Below, piece by piece: positions 26,301-38,203 of a stretch of DNA of 57,740 bases (its first letter is position 1; every line of letters starts with the position of its first letter). The position numbers and the translations under genes were made by a program. The stretch lies in contig JBNZDD010013729.1 of assembly GCA_050575255.1 (NCBI GenBank), forward strand, positions 229,260-286,999. The letters run 5' to 3'. Source of the DNA: Harriotta raleighana (lineage: Eukaryota). The notes beneath the pieces are model-generated. The model made no database searches and was not told the DNA's origin. It was given only the letters and a program-made list of their open reading frames with translations.

Positions 26301-27489
26301 CAGGTCTCTCGTGTTTTCTGAATGACTCTGCCTGCTTGTCTGTCCACTAGCGTTTGAGGCCAACAATCTGATAGCTAATATCATACGAGGGACCATCTCA
26401 ACAATTGAAGACTCTGCAGATAGTCAGTTTTATATTCGTGGGAAGAGTGGGGGAGAGGTGTCAGAGTGTGTGTTAGGGTGAAGGAGGGAGAATAGTTGTT
26501 TGTCTGCTCTCATTTCATTCAGTACAGAGCTATCCACTTTCTAGCGTACATTTCAGTAACACCAAGTTATGGTGAGCTCACCAGGCCTGCCTGTGAAATG
26601 GACCTATTCATTCACACTTCTCCCCCACTCACGCACCCCAGCCCCCCCGCCCCACCCCCCAACCCCCACCAGCCGAATTATGCATCTCGACAGCACTCTA
26701 AGCTATTCTAATTTCCCATTGCCTTTTTAAGCTGCCCTACAAGCCATGAGCATGCATTAAAATCTCCCTAAAACAGTTGCCCGCAGGCAATGTAATTCCG
26801 AAAACAAGCACCTAACACTTCACAGCGAAGAAGTAATGGATTAATTTGAACCTAATGTCGCCCCAGTTTATTGCACCAAATGTTCCTCTACAGACATAGC
26901 CTGCAGGCATGGTGCTGTGGCATGAGTACAACTCCAGAAAGTGCGGCTACAGTTGGCTTAGCATCTGTGTTTCAGATTTACCATGTGCCTCATTATCCTG
27001 CACCCCACTGTGCCTACCTGTCCCAATCAAGCTTTTCGGCCAGAGGCGATCCAGTTTTTCCCCAATGAAGAATCTTTGTTCTCTTTCTCACTCACTAAAT
27101 TTCTGAGAGACCTCTGCACCCCTACCAGTGGGGGTTTCTGCAAAGGCACATTTTGTCAGTTTTCCAGACTCTTAACATTTCTTTAATAAACAGGGCAAAA
27201 AAAAAAAAAGTGAAGCATAAAATAGTCCAACCTGTCACTAAATAAATCTCTCTCTTTTTTTAATGGGTTTAATACGAGACAGGAACACATCAGAATGAAA
27301 GCTGTTTGTTTGACTTTACTGGGCTGATTTATTTTTTTGCAGTGTAAAAAGTGTGAACAGCAGGGCTAGCAAACGAGCGAGCCTTTCCGAATGGAAAAAA
27401 AACACAGGGAAATAATTTTACTGCTTGCTTTTTCAGTCCCGTTAAATGGTTTCAACTGGTGTAACTTAAAGAGGGTTGGAAATAGCCAT

Positions 27490-28060
27490 TGTCCGTGGTG
27501 GGAATTAGGCCACAGTCATCGAGTTCAATGCCTGGGTCTGGGCTGAGTTGGCTGACCACCAATGGGGAGGTGGTTGCACACAATTGTTGTATCACAATTA
27601 ACCAAATAGTTCAGGAGCTAGGGAGAGCGAGAGCCAATTCCAACTCTTGCTCCAGCACTTTCTGTGGGAAAATGCATGTGTATGGATATTTGGTAAGGAT
27701 GGTATCAGGTCAGGCTGCAATTCCTACCCCATCCCTCCTTCCCAAATGAATCGTCAGTCAATCCGCCAAAATTCCAGGACCCATTTATTCATGGAAGTTT
27801 CCCTAGAGAAGGTTGTTCAGCCATCGTGCCTCTACAGGCTCTGTGTGTAAATCCATTTGGTTCTACTGTCACCCCCCACACATCCCCCACCCCCCCCCCC
27901 TGTCTTTTCCACATACCCTTTTATATTTGTCCTCTTCAAATAGTTGTCTGACATGAAGAATGGCTGCTTGCTTCGGAATAGCATTCTATTGTGCTTGTGG
28001 GACCGTCCCATGAAGACTCAGCAAGTTCAGGGGCGGGTGGGGAGAAAATTGGGCAGAGCC
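27490..28060 (+). mobile_element. AmnSINE2-like SINE split by an antisense CR1 tail (about 27815-27945)
   Basis: B-box-like GAGTTCAATGCC and GGTCTGGGCTGAGTTGGCTGA at the 5' end; the element resumes at ACATGAAGAATGGC (27951). Confidence 0.6.
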
Positions 28061-28857
28061 AGAAAGTCTCTCCAGGGTGGGTGCCAACGAGATGCTGGAA
28101 ACACAAAATTCTTTATATCTCACCAAAGTTGGCTACCCTACAGAGTAAATCAAATTATGCCAATGATGCGTTTAAATAACAAGTTTGCACATATCGTGAA
28201 TGTGTTAAATAGGATGTCAGGCTGGTTTCTGGAGGTTTGTTTGAAAACCAGGCTTTGATCCAAGGTTATATGATGTTTACTCGGGGGGGAAAACAAATCC
28301 TCCATTTTTTTTCTCTCCTCTCTTGGAAGTGCTGACTTGCTGTTCATCAAAAACCCATGGGTGACAGCTATACTCCTAGTACCTATTTGGAATACAATCT
28401 GCTCTGCCACTGTTTTGGCCTTAGCCAAGTCTAATCCTGTTTTAATAAGGATACAGACAAGTGCACTAGTCAATAATGGTTACTCATCTGTATTTGTACT
28501 GATCCCAGAAACCCACACTTGCAGCTTTTATTGTGTCCCTCACACTGGAGTCATGTTGAGGAAACTTCAGAACTAATAGTGCTGTCTCCACAAAGCAGCA
28601 CTGGAATTGAGAGAAACATCAGAGTGGGGTCTCAGTCATCAACCTTGGGGAGAAGCACAGGAGTCTCTCTGGGGTTGAACAAGTTCCTCTGGTAAAACCA
28701 GATATATCTGCAGCGATTCAGGGCATCGCCAATGTCTATATCATTAATTAGACATGTCCTTGCCTCTGAAAGACAAGACCCCAATGACTAGGATGGTCCC
28801 AGCTGGACGGCTGGTGTGAAACATACCCAGGTCCCCCTCCCCACCCCCGTGGGGTGA

Positions 28858-28946
28858 ACAACAACAGCAACAAATTACATTTGTATAGCGCGTTTCATGT
28901 TGGGAGGCCATCCCAACAACAACAATAACAACAACTTTTATTTATA
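28858..28946 (-). mobile_element. L2 3' tail
   Basis: (AAC)n AAATTACATTTGTATAGCGCGTTTCATGTTGGGAGG. Confidence 0.75.
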
Positions 28947-29604
28947 GACTCAAGTTATTCCTTGAAGTTATTTCGAGTTCAAAGATGAAAATGGTTCCCC
29001 AGGCATTTTGCCAGCATCCCAAGGTGCTGGGATGCATACTGTAGTGACTTGCTCCCTCCTTCCACTCTTTCAGGGGAGAGTTGAAAACGTACCTCTTTGA
29101 GTGTGTGTGTATGTTTGCTCATCTCTCCCCCCTCCTCACCCCATTCAGCTACCAAACTCAGCTCCAGTTACCAACCAGAATTGTCAATTTGGGATGTCCT
29201 ACTGATGTGGAAGGTGCTCTATCAATGTAAATGTATTACAGTATTTAGGAAACATTACAGCCAAGTCTCACCTTCTGATCATCTGCTCCAAAGTGAGATC
29301 AATAATTTCTCAGCAACCAAACCTGGGTTCATGTCACTGAGACTGACGCCGAATCTTGGTACTGTACATTGATCAATGGATGCTCCTCTAATATTCTGCA
29401 CAAAGATCTTGTGCGTTTATCCACTGTATTTTCCTGGTATTCTGTGTTTTGTAACTGTTTGAAAGAAATGTCACTGTAGTGTTTATTAGTGTGTTGGCCT
29501 TGAGCCCTTGACCCACTGCTTTGGGTCTACCCATTGCTGGCAAGATGCCTGGGGAACCTTTTTCATCTTTGAACTCGGAATAACTTCAAGGAATAACTTG
29601 AAGT
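28947..29604. mobile_element. Putative non-autonomous DNA transposon / long-TIR element
   Basis: 28950-29016 and 29535-29601 are 67-bp inverted repeats with 64/67 identity, flanked by TATA on both sides. Confidence 0.6.
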
Positions 29605-30519
29605 TATATATATATAAATGTTTGTAGAGATGAGATGGACACAGTGAGCCTCGGTAACAAGTGAGGCTTCAGGTATGGAATAGAGAGAGCTGAAAAGCTG
29701 CGGACAACGAGAGGGGGGGTTAAAAGGTCTGGTAGATTTACAGGGCTGGTAACCGATGCCAACATTAATGCAGTAGCTTGTACAAATGTGACGAGGCCAG
29801 CACTGCCCAAGACAACCACTCCAAACTGGTTGCACCGAGCGATGGCACTTAAAACTCTCGCACACTGTTCAAACTGTGAATCAATGGCAGGAAATTAAGT
29901 CGGACTGCACTTCCTCTGCTCGTTGTTAAAGATTAAAAAAAAAAATCCAGGAGGCTCCAGTAAAGCCAAATGTGCTGTAAACACACCAGAACAGTAAAAA
30001 AAATGAGTTAGTCACTGCTCTATTTTCATATTCATAGCCTAAACTCGTTTTATGGGAAATCTGCAATATTTCATAGGTTTATTATACCTCCAGAGAAAGA
30101 TATAAGTGCGTGTGCATGTGTGTATATGTATGTGTATAAGTGTGTAGGTGAGCAAGCACATGATTATCTGTGTGTGTGCAGTGCATATATATATATATAA
30201 ATATGAGTGTTTTTTGTGTATGTGTTTATGAGTGTGTGAGTGAATTGGGTGTGCGCATGTGTAGAGAGGTAGATGTAGCACACTTCAGAACTAGCAAACT
30301 AGAAATTGCCTCTACGAGTTAGTTCTCAGTAGGTGGAACTGGCTACTTGAGAACGGCAAGGAGTTTCCGTATGTGTCAGGCTCCCTCCCGGCTGACCAAA
30401 AAAAACAACACAGTTATATTGGTGGGAAAAGGAGCTGATCCCATCTGGTCAGTCCTGTCTCTGTGCCATGTGGTTATCTCACTATCCTTCCTTTTTTTTA
30501 TATAAACAAAGGGAAACAT

Positions 30520-30731
30520 TTTTTCTCATCTCCTGCAGTTGCTGACTCATGCTGGGGTACGGTTCCATAGGGCCCGGCAGCCCTCCGTACCTCACCCAAG
30601 TGGCTATTATTCATGTGACAGCCCAGACAGTGAGTGCTGGCAGGCTATTCAACTGTGGGGGGCATGGCAGCCGAGCCTGATCCTGTCCTCACTCCACGTC
30701 CACACATGCAACTTGCAGATGGGGAGGTTGT

Positions 30732-30790
<59 letters not shown>

Positions 30791-31108
30791 NCGTTACTTT
30801 ATGGTGATCAAGAGCGCCAACTCTGACGGCTTTGTAATGCGGTGACTCCGATGTCTATCGTGCGACTATTTGGTTGGGAAGCAGTCTCTTCACGTCTTCA
30901 CACGTTTTGTAACGCAGTTTCCCAATTCATCCGATAATAAACATGGAACAAACAGATCACTAGTGTTAATGAGCTAAACCCCACTGAGGCCAATTGTAGC
31001 ATCTCTGTACAGATCAACTAGATCTGCACAGGCTCGGGATTGAACCTCGGATCCTTCTGACTCGTGTAGTTCACAGCATAAAGTGCTTTCAGCGTGTGAG
31101 CCACAGAA
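30520..31108 (-). mobile_element. AmnSINE2-like SINE, best-preserved copy (contains poly-G and an N)
   Basis: Reverse B box GGGATTGAACC at 31036-31046; body CCCAAGTGGC...GACAGTGAGTGCTGGCAGGCTATTC...AGCCGAGCCTGATCCTGTCCTCAC...TGAGGCCAATTGTAGC. Confidence 0.75.
30732..30790. repeat. Poly-G tract (59 nt) abutting an N
   Basis: Direct inspection; the length is probably unreliable. Confidence 0.8.
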
Positions 31109-31374
31109 GGCATTTTCTTGTTGATTTCCCTGTGGCATGACTGGCTATGTTAATCCTGACTAGCCTGTTTATTGCTAATTCACTGTTTTCTGCCGCTCAG
31201 ATCTTGGCTTTAGCTCCCGAGTTTCGCTTGGATACGCTTTGTATTACAGTATTTAGGTACACAAACAGGACAGTGGAGAAAAATATGTGCCGTTGGCAGA
31301 TCGCACATGGGGAAAGCACATCACATGTACACAGTGCAAGAGAAACTAACAGACGATGCACACGCACAAAAACA

Positions 31375-31516
31375 NNNNNNNNNNNNNNNNNNNNNNNNNN
31401 NNNNNNNNNNNNNNNNNNNNNNNNNNNNNNNNNNNNNNNNNNNNNNNNNNNNNNNNNNNNNNNNNNNNNNNNNNNNNNNNNNNNNNNNNNNNNNNNNNNN
31501 NNNNNNNNNNNNNNNN
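31375..31516. other. Assembly gap (142 N)
   Basis: Run of n. Confidence 1.
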
Positions 31517-32084
31517 TGTGAATTGACACAGGCTGATAATTTTCACACTGGATTTTATAAAAGTGCTCCTCCAAAACTCAACAGTTCCTCAACCCACTCT
31601 CTCCCAATGGGCCACAGAGACTCATTAGGTCAATTGCCATGGTTTAGTTTAAATTGAGAGATAGGTTGGCTTTGTTAGGGTTGGCCTGGCCTGGCCTGAT
31701 AATAGGTTTGATTTGGTTACAGTTGAATCGCACCACAAACCGTACATCACCAAACAAAAAGCAGGAGCCTAATTCAGACCGCAGGCCTGAAGTCTCTGCG
31801 ATAATCCTACACCTCCTCAAGACCGTCACTCAAAATAAAGTGACAGAATGGAGTTAATAGGCAGTAATGTGCGTGTTTTTTTAGTAACTCTTGATCCCGA
31901 CTAGGCTCAGCACTTGAAGAATTTCACACCTTCATGCTTAGCAGCTGTAAACGAGAAGATAAGAAGCTCGGAACGAGAGAGAAAAAAAATCCAGATTGCT
32001 CTTCAGTTGGTGTTAGGCCAACACTGAATTCAAATGCAACCCTCCTGAGATGCCGGAAGAGGCCTGTGACCTGAGCATTGCTAA

Positions 32085-32480
32085 GAGAGGGATATCATTG
32101 CCCTTGGGAGGGTACAGAAGAGAGCAAAGAGAATGATTCAGGGAATCAGGAATTTAAGTTATGGAGAAAGGTTAAGGACGTTGACGGTTCTCTTTGGAAA
32201 AGAGAAGTCTTTGAGATGATCTAATGCAAGTTTTGAAATTTATATAAGGGGAATTGACAAGTTTGGTGCGGGCAAATTATGTATGTTAGCGAAGAGGTCA
32301 AATACCAGGGTCAAGAGATTGAAACAAAGTTAGGAGCAGGAGAGCAGAAAATCTTTTTTTACACAAAGGCTGATATACTTGTGTATTGTTGTCAGGAAAG
32401 GTAATTGAAGCAGACAGTACAAATGGGCTCAAGAGCTAAGTGGACGTGTTTCTGCTCAGAGAAAGGATTGAGGACTTGGT
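32085..32480 (+). mobile_element. CR1 LINE ORF2 C-terminal fragment, frameshifted
   Basis: Encodes DIIALGRVQKRAKRMIQGIRNLSYGERL, then SLEKR/DDLMQVLK and FFTQRL; compare CR1 DI..LERVQRRATRMI.G...LSYEERL..LFSLEKRRLRGDLI.V.K. Confidence 0.88.
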
Positions 32481-33103
32481 GAGAACAAAGGTTTTTTTTC
32501 CCCAGTTTTCTTTCATCCGTTTGATTATTCTCCCAAGTTTATCTTGTTTGGAGATGAGTCTCCTATTTCACGGTATTTTGTCTCCACTTCCTCTTTCTTT
32601 CTATGATCTGTATCTTAACATAAAGTAGGCACTGACCACCCATTCTGTCTAACTGTCCGGTGAGAGGTGCATATTTCTCCAATGATTTCTCTGTACAGTA
32701 TTTCCCTTACGGAAGTTCTTTCCAGGTGCACTGTTCCCCCACCACCCTGTTAGCTAGTCCATTGGAAACATCAGACATATCAGGAACAGTTATTTGAACC
32801 AAACAGCAAGACTCAAAAGTGTGCATAAGCCCCAATGCTGTGGTCTTTATTAACATTTCTCCCATCTCCGCATAAACCTTCCGATACATTCTGCTTCCTC
32901 CTGTACCCAAAACATGTCTGATTACACCAACCCTCATTCTACCTCAAATTTTCCCAAACCTGTGGAATTCATTAATTTAGGACATAATGAACAGTCTTCT
33001 CCTTACAATCTACAGGCTGTCCCATCTGACGAACATAGATTTACGAAAAAGCTATTTGGCCATTCGGGTGGTATCGCTTAAGAAAAGTGTGAAGCTGCAA
33101 CGC

Positions 33104-33262
33104 AATAATAATAATAACAATAATAATCCAAGCATTTGATATAGCACCTTATGATGTCTTCAAAACATCTCAAAGCGCTTTACGGAATATGCTATAAAGT
33201 GAATTGACTATATATTTTGTGGGCAAAATGCATCAGCCAATGGCACAAAGCTGTACAAACAG
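33104..33262 (-). mobile_element. SINE 3' portion (older subfamily)
   Basis: (AAT)n...GCATTTGATATAGCACCTTATG...CTCAAAGCGCTT...TAAAGTGAATTGACTATAT. Confidence 0.85.
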
Positions 33263-33349
33263 ATATCAATCTATACTGACCATTTACATGAAGATGGTCT
33301 ATCCTAGTTCTGGATTAATTATTCTCAAACTGCTTGTAAATGATTAGAG

Positions 33350-33565
33350 TGAGGATTATAACAGGCTTCATTATACTTGTGGTGAGGAGGGCAGATGTCA
33401 TTCAGGATTCCCTTGCCTGACTGTTATCCAGGCAATGCTCTAACCAGCACTTCTCCCTCTCTCACCTCACTGGAAAGTTTGTTCAAGTGGATCCGATGAG
33501 GGCAAGAATGGACTGGGACGAAATCCCACTCTGATAAAATGCCTGGCATTCGCTGTCTGACATGG
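33350..33565 (+). mobile_element. AmnSINE2-like remnant
   Basis: CCTGACTGTTATCCAG...GGAAAG..GTGGATCCGATGAGGGCAAGAATGGACTGGG...CATTCGCTGTCT, collinear with the reverse complement of the 30.6 kb copy. Confidence 0.5.
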
Positions 33566-35584
33566 GTAAATTACCAGGTGGTGGGGGGCGCGAGTGGTGG
33601 GGGGTGTGGAGGCGAATGGGGTGGCAGCAGAGTCTTGAAGAAGTATTCTACAGGAAAGGAAGGAAGAAATCGTGTTGTGTGCATGGTGGCAGCATTGGGC
33701 AACAGCAGCCGTGCAAATTGCAGAGTTAGTGTGAAGATAGGATTACACAAGGCAAAAGGTCAGTTTATTCCCGACAAGTCTTTTCTTTCTCCCCCATTGT
33801 GCTGGGCATTGTTGGAGGGGTAATGTACTGACACAACCATGGACTACTGTCCCAGCAAGTGAGTGGGTCGCTCAACGGCAATGTATCGTTTCATCCCAGA
33901 CTGGCTTTGCTGACCACTCACACCCAAAAACGTTTTAAATCACTGACTGTGTGATTAGCTCCCTTGCCTTTCGCAAGGGAACAGGTAACTCAAACCCCGT
34001 ATAACGTTTAACATTAGATTTTTTGAAATGACAAAGCGATAATTTAATTTCACAAGCGCTCCAAAAAAAAAGTGTGTGGGGAGGGAGGGGGGAGGTGCTG
34101 AGCTGAGGGGCAACTCCACGGTAATTTCCACACACACACACACAGGGCGTTCTCAGTGAGAAAAGGACCCATATATGTTATCAATCTTCCAAGTGTTGGA
34201 GGAAATGGAGGAACCTGACCTGAAGCCCACTCCCTTGGGTCAGTGCATGCTGGGAAGGAAAACAGGCAGAGAGCAGACAATTTTCAGCATGGCTGCATTC
34301 ACTCTCTGCACTAGGCCTCGTGAAAACAAACTGACATAACAAAGGACGCAGAATTAATGACCCATGCTCGCTGTCAATTGACTCCTAGTACCAGCAGCCA
34401 ATTCACCTTAATTTTTTTTGTAAACTTTCAACAAGTCCTCTGGCATCTGGTTGAGGTTCTGGCCATTGAATTACTCACAAAGCTCTGTCATGGGCCTCTC
34501 TCTCTGCAATCTGTTAACGCAAGTGTAATTATGGCTCTAAGACAACAAACAAACCAATAGTTTTTTTTTGGTGGGGGGGGGAGGGGGGGTGGTCAACATC
34601 GAGCTATTAGGAGAAGCATTTAAGATATGAGCTAATTCAAATCACTTCCCACCCCCCCCCACCACCACCCACCACCACCTCCCCGCCCCAGTGTAGTCTT
34701 CGGCTTCTCACCCAGGGCTAATCATTAACACTGCCAAGCTGCTCGTTTTCCATGTGGGAAAAAAGAGCGAAGCAAATGTAAAAAGAAAGCTGTTTTATAC
34801 TTCAGGTCACATCAAGGGAAGATTTAATCAGAAGACTCAAGACGCATTGCGCTCTGTAAAATTATTCCAAAAAGCCCAGCTCTTGAAGGAATACAAGCTC
34901 TGCAATTTGTTGCGCCTACAGGAGATGTCATCCTAGATTTCCTGGAATAAACTAGCAAATATTCAGCATTTACATGACTGATGTGTTTAGGTTTGAGGAA
35001 CTCTCGCACAGAACAACATTGAGGCGTATGGTCACACTGGCAGAAGGCTTCAGAATTTAAAGAAACCTAATAGTTTCTGCTTCCTCCCCTCCACACACAC
35101 CCCATGATTTATTTTCTCTTCTTCTTCCAAAGGCGCTTGCTCACATAGACGCCCAATGCTCTAAATTTCTCCTAGTCTCAACCTTCAGACCCTTCTCTTT
35201 TTCATTCTCTGCTGTCTCTCTCTCTCTCTTTCTCAGTTAACTTCTCTTTTCCACATGCGTACCTCCGGATGCTGTGCTAAGTTGGAGTTGGGGGCAGTGA
35301 GGTTGGCTGCTGGGACGTGTGCTCAGTAAGGAAGGTTTAGTTTCAAGGTCAAAGATGCACCTCCTCACTCGGAGTGATCAAGTGAAGATTTACAGGTCAC
35401 GATCCTCCATCACATTGTACTCTGCTCCCAACAAACTAACAATCTTGCTTTACAGGGTGTTGTTGAATCAGCGTCTGAAGTGGACAAAACCTATCTTGTC
35501 GACCACTTATTCCCAATCCCCTTTTACAGCAATGTGCTTCAGTTCAGTAGTGTTTTCAGGCTTCACACGTTTTAATCTGCAGAG

Positions 35585-35665
35585 CGGTGGTTTCCAACTC
35601 GGGTCCCGACCCAAATCAGGGTCGGGGGGAGAGATACGTTGAAGGTAGGGTCGCGAAGGGTCACC
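35585..35665 (+). mobile_element. hAT (Charlie-like) DNA transposon terminus
   Basis: CGGTGGTTTCCAACTCGGGTCCCGACCCAAATCAGGGTCG...GGGTCGCGA resembles the CAGTGGTTCCCAAC(C)..GGGTC(G)CGACCC termini of hAT-Charlie elements. Confidence 0.5.
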
Positions 35666-37551
35666 AGAATTTTTTTTTGCTGCTTTTTTTAATGCTGATA
35701 AGTGCCCGAGGCGACACCGCCGACCAATTTGTATGAAAGGCCGCACGAGCGAGTTGCGCTGAGTCCACAAAAGAGTAGACAGCGGCTTGGCTGAGCTGTG
35801 CTTCAGTCGCCTAGTCGCACCCGAGAGAAAAGGGCCAACGGTCCTGGCTTTCCAAGTATTACAAATTAAGCAACGTTTGAGCATCCTGGCTCTGAACACG
35901 GGCAAGTGCGTTCATCTCTTTGCTTCGGGAAGAACCCTGTGTGGAGCCAGACCGTCAGCGTACCTTGCTCTGCCGTAAGCACTTGTTCACTACTCAGACG
36001 GCGGGGGGGTTATAACTGAACCACAAACATCTGTCCTCCAGGACAAAGGCAGGACAGTCACAATGGAGTCCATACAATAGCAATGGTTCACAATAGTATT
36101 TGTTACATGACACCTCTACAATGGAATTTGCAGCTAGATGTAACCATTAAAATGTACTTTGAAAGCGCCTGTAAGGTCAGCGTTCGAGATGTGGGGAAAG
36201 GCCCACACGAGGCAGCAATATGACAATTGCTGTGGCCTGTAGACTGCGATTGGCAAAGGTTCCCGACACTTTTAAATTAGGAGCGTAAAACTTTGTAACG
36301 TTTGCCCGTGCATGGTACTGTATATGGTTATGGTTTGAACAGAAACGGAAGGGCAAGTTTGAGATTCAATCCGCCACATCGTCGATGAATGGGACAGCTA
36401 AGAGGGAAGGGAGAAGGAGAGCAACACTACAGAGTTTAGCTACAAAGATAGGGAGCCGAGAAACCTTTAGAAACATAACAAGTTATCAATTATTTGCCAG
36501 AAGTAGAAAAAAAAAGGTTTGGCGTTAATAATTCAAGCAGGGTATTTAGTTTAAACAAGTGCCTGACTTGTCAATTCTCTTTGTAACAAGCCATCCGTCT
36601 TTATTGTCTCCATGCTTTATTAATTTCACTTTGAGAAATGACAAGCTGTTCTCATTGTTGCAGCGAGCTCTCCAGAGGGAAATATGTTGGCACACTGGCA
36701 AATATCCTTGGCTCCCCTTAAATTGTTTGCAAATAGTTTCATTGTTCGTGCTTAAAATCTGTGGAAACAGCAACAACTCACTGGAGGCTGCCAGCGAGTC
36801 TACAGCTGCCTGTATATGGCACAGGCTGGTGTAACAGTCATTCATTACTCTCTGCTGATCTATCTTCAACGTATCTCTCCCCTTATGTGGATTTGGACTT
36901 TAAAACTATTTACACTTTCCTAGTATTAAACCGATTTTTCTCTCTCTCCGCCACTCCCCACCCCCCCCCCCCGCCCGCCCCCACCACCATAATCCCCCCC
37001 CATCGCTTTCGCACCGCCCCCCCCTCCCCCCGATAATCCTCGATTATACGCACTAAGGTACAGCACAAGTTAATGATTAGAGCGGATCAATTTCCCCACA
37101 GTGTCCCACAGTGCTTTCCCCCCCCCCCAGTCAAGTCGCATTCCCATAAGATCGACCCGCTGTAAACGGTACAGCCCCTTCAAGAGGGTTAACGCAAGGA
37201 CTAAGAGAAATAATTAGTTAACAAAGGATTATTTAATAATTATCCTCATTAATCACTTGTTTAAAATGCTCATTAAAATAAAGCTGCGCGACGTGGACAT
37301 GCTTTAGCGTTTTAAAGCTCTTACATGTGAAAAATAAAGCTGTGTTTTGCCTCAGCCCCCACCCCACCCCCTTCCACCCCCCTCCCAACTGAAAAGTGGG
37401 AGAAAATGTCAAGCTGGAGTTGCTGCTCCCGAGACCTTGCTGGACTGTGAGGGCAGGATTCGACTGGCTGCTCCTCTCCCACGAACCCTGCCAACATCCG
37501 TTACCTAGGCCCACACGTGTAGGAAGGCGATACAAGCGAGAGAGGTGATAT

Positions 37552-37780
37552 GCCTAATAATAATCCCTCCAAAAAAAAAACCACAATAACAAAAAAAAAT
37601 TGGTCACTTCAATCCAAGGCTGTTTTGTGTGGGGGACGCTGCTGTGTGAAATTGCCTGTCACGTTTCACCCACAAATATACAGTCAATTCATTTCACATG
37701 AAGCGCCTTGAGATGTCTAGAAGACGTGAAAAGCTCTTATCAAATGCAAGGATTATTATTATTAATATTATTATTACTAT
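37552..37780 (+). mobile_element. SINE2-1_CM-like SINE lacking the tRNA head
   Basis: CCTAATAATAATCC...TTGGTCACTTCAATCC...GTGAAAAGCTCTTATCAAATGCAAGG(ATT)n. Confidence 0.9.
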
Positions 37781-37971
37781 AACAGAGGACACCTGGCTCC
37801 CTAGGAACTGGACATCAAGTGTGAGTCAGCTCAGTTCAGGAGCAGTGAGGGAATAAAATAATCAATTTCTTTGTTGTTGTGCTCAGTGCTCTGTTTCCGA
37901 ATTGAACGGCGAAAAATCCTCATTGCGAGACAATAATTTTTCGAAAAAAATCCTCTTAACGCAGATTGGTT

Positions 37972-37988
37972 TGAACTTTCAGTGACCT
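37972..37988 (-). promoter_or_regulatory. Candidate DR5 retinoic-acid response element
   Basis: TGAACT-ttcag-TGACCT reads AGGTCA-CTGAA-AGTTCA on the minus strand, a perfect RGKTCA-N5-RGKTCA. Confidence 0.45.
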
Positions 37989-38203
37989 TTGCGAGCGCCG
38001 GATCACAGAGTAAATGAGGCCTTTCCAATTGAGTGAAGTCACCTTAGATAAACTATTGGCGTTGTGCGATATCATCAATTAATTCAGGGCAAACTGTGCA
38101 GCAAGTTACTTCTTCTTGACAGGCTCAGGTCAGTAACTTGTCACCAGTTTGTTGTTCTTTACTGTAGTTTCCTTGACTATAGCTGTGCACAATTTCACAA
38201 GTC

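Noticed and set aside
30520-30540. Strong-looking splice acceptor TTTTTCTCATCTCCTGCAG
   Set aside because: It is part of the AmnSINE2-like element; the homologous pyrimidine tract recurs in other copies (1750, 8035, 12661).
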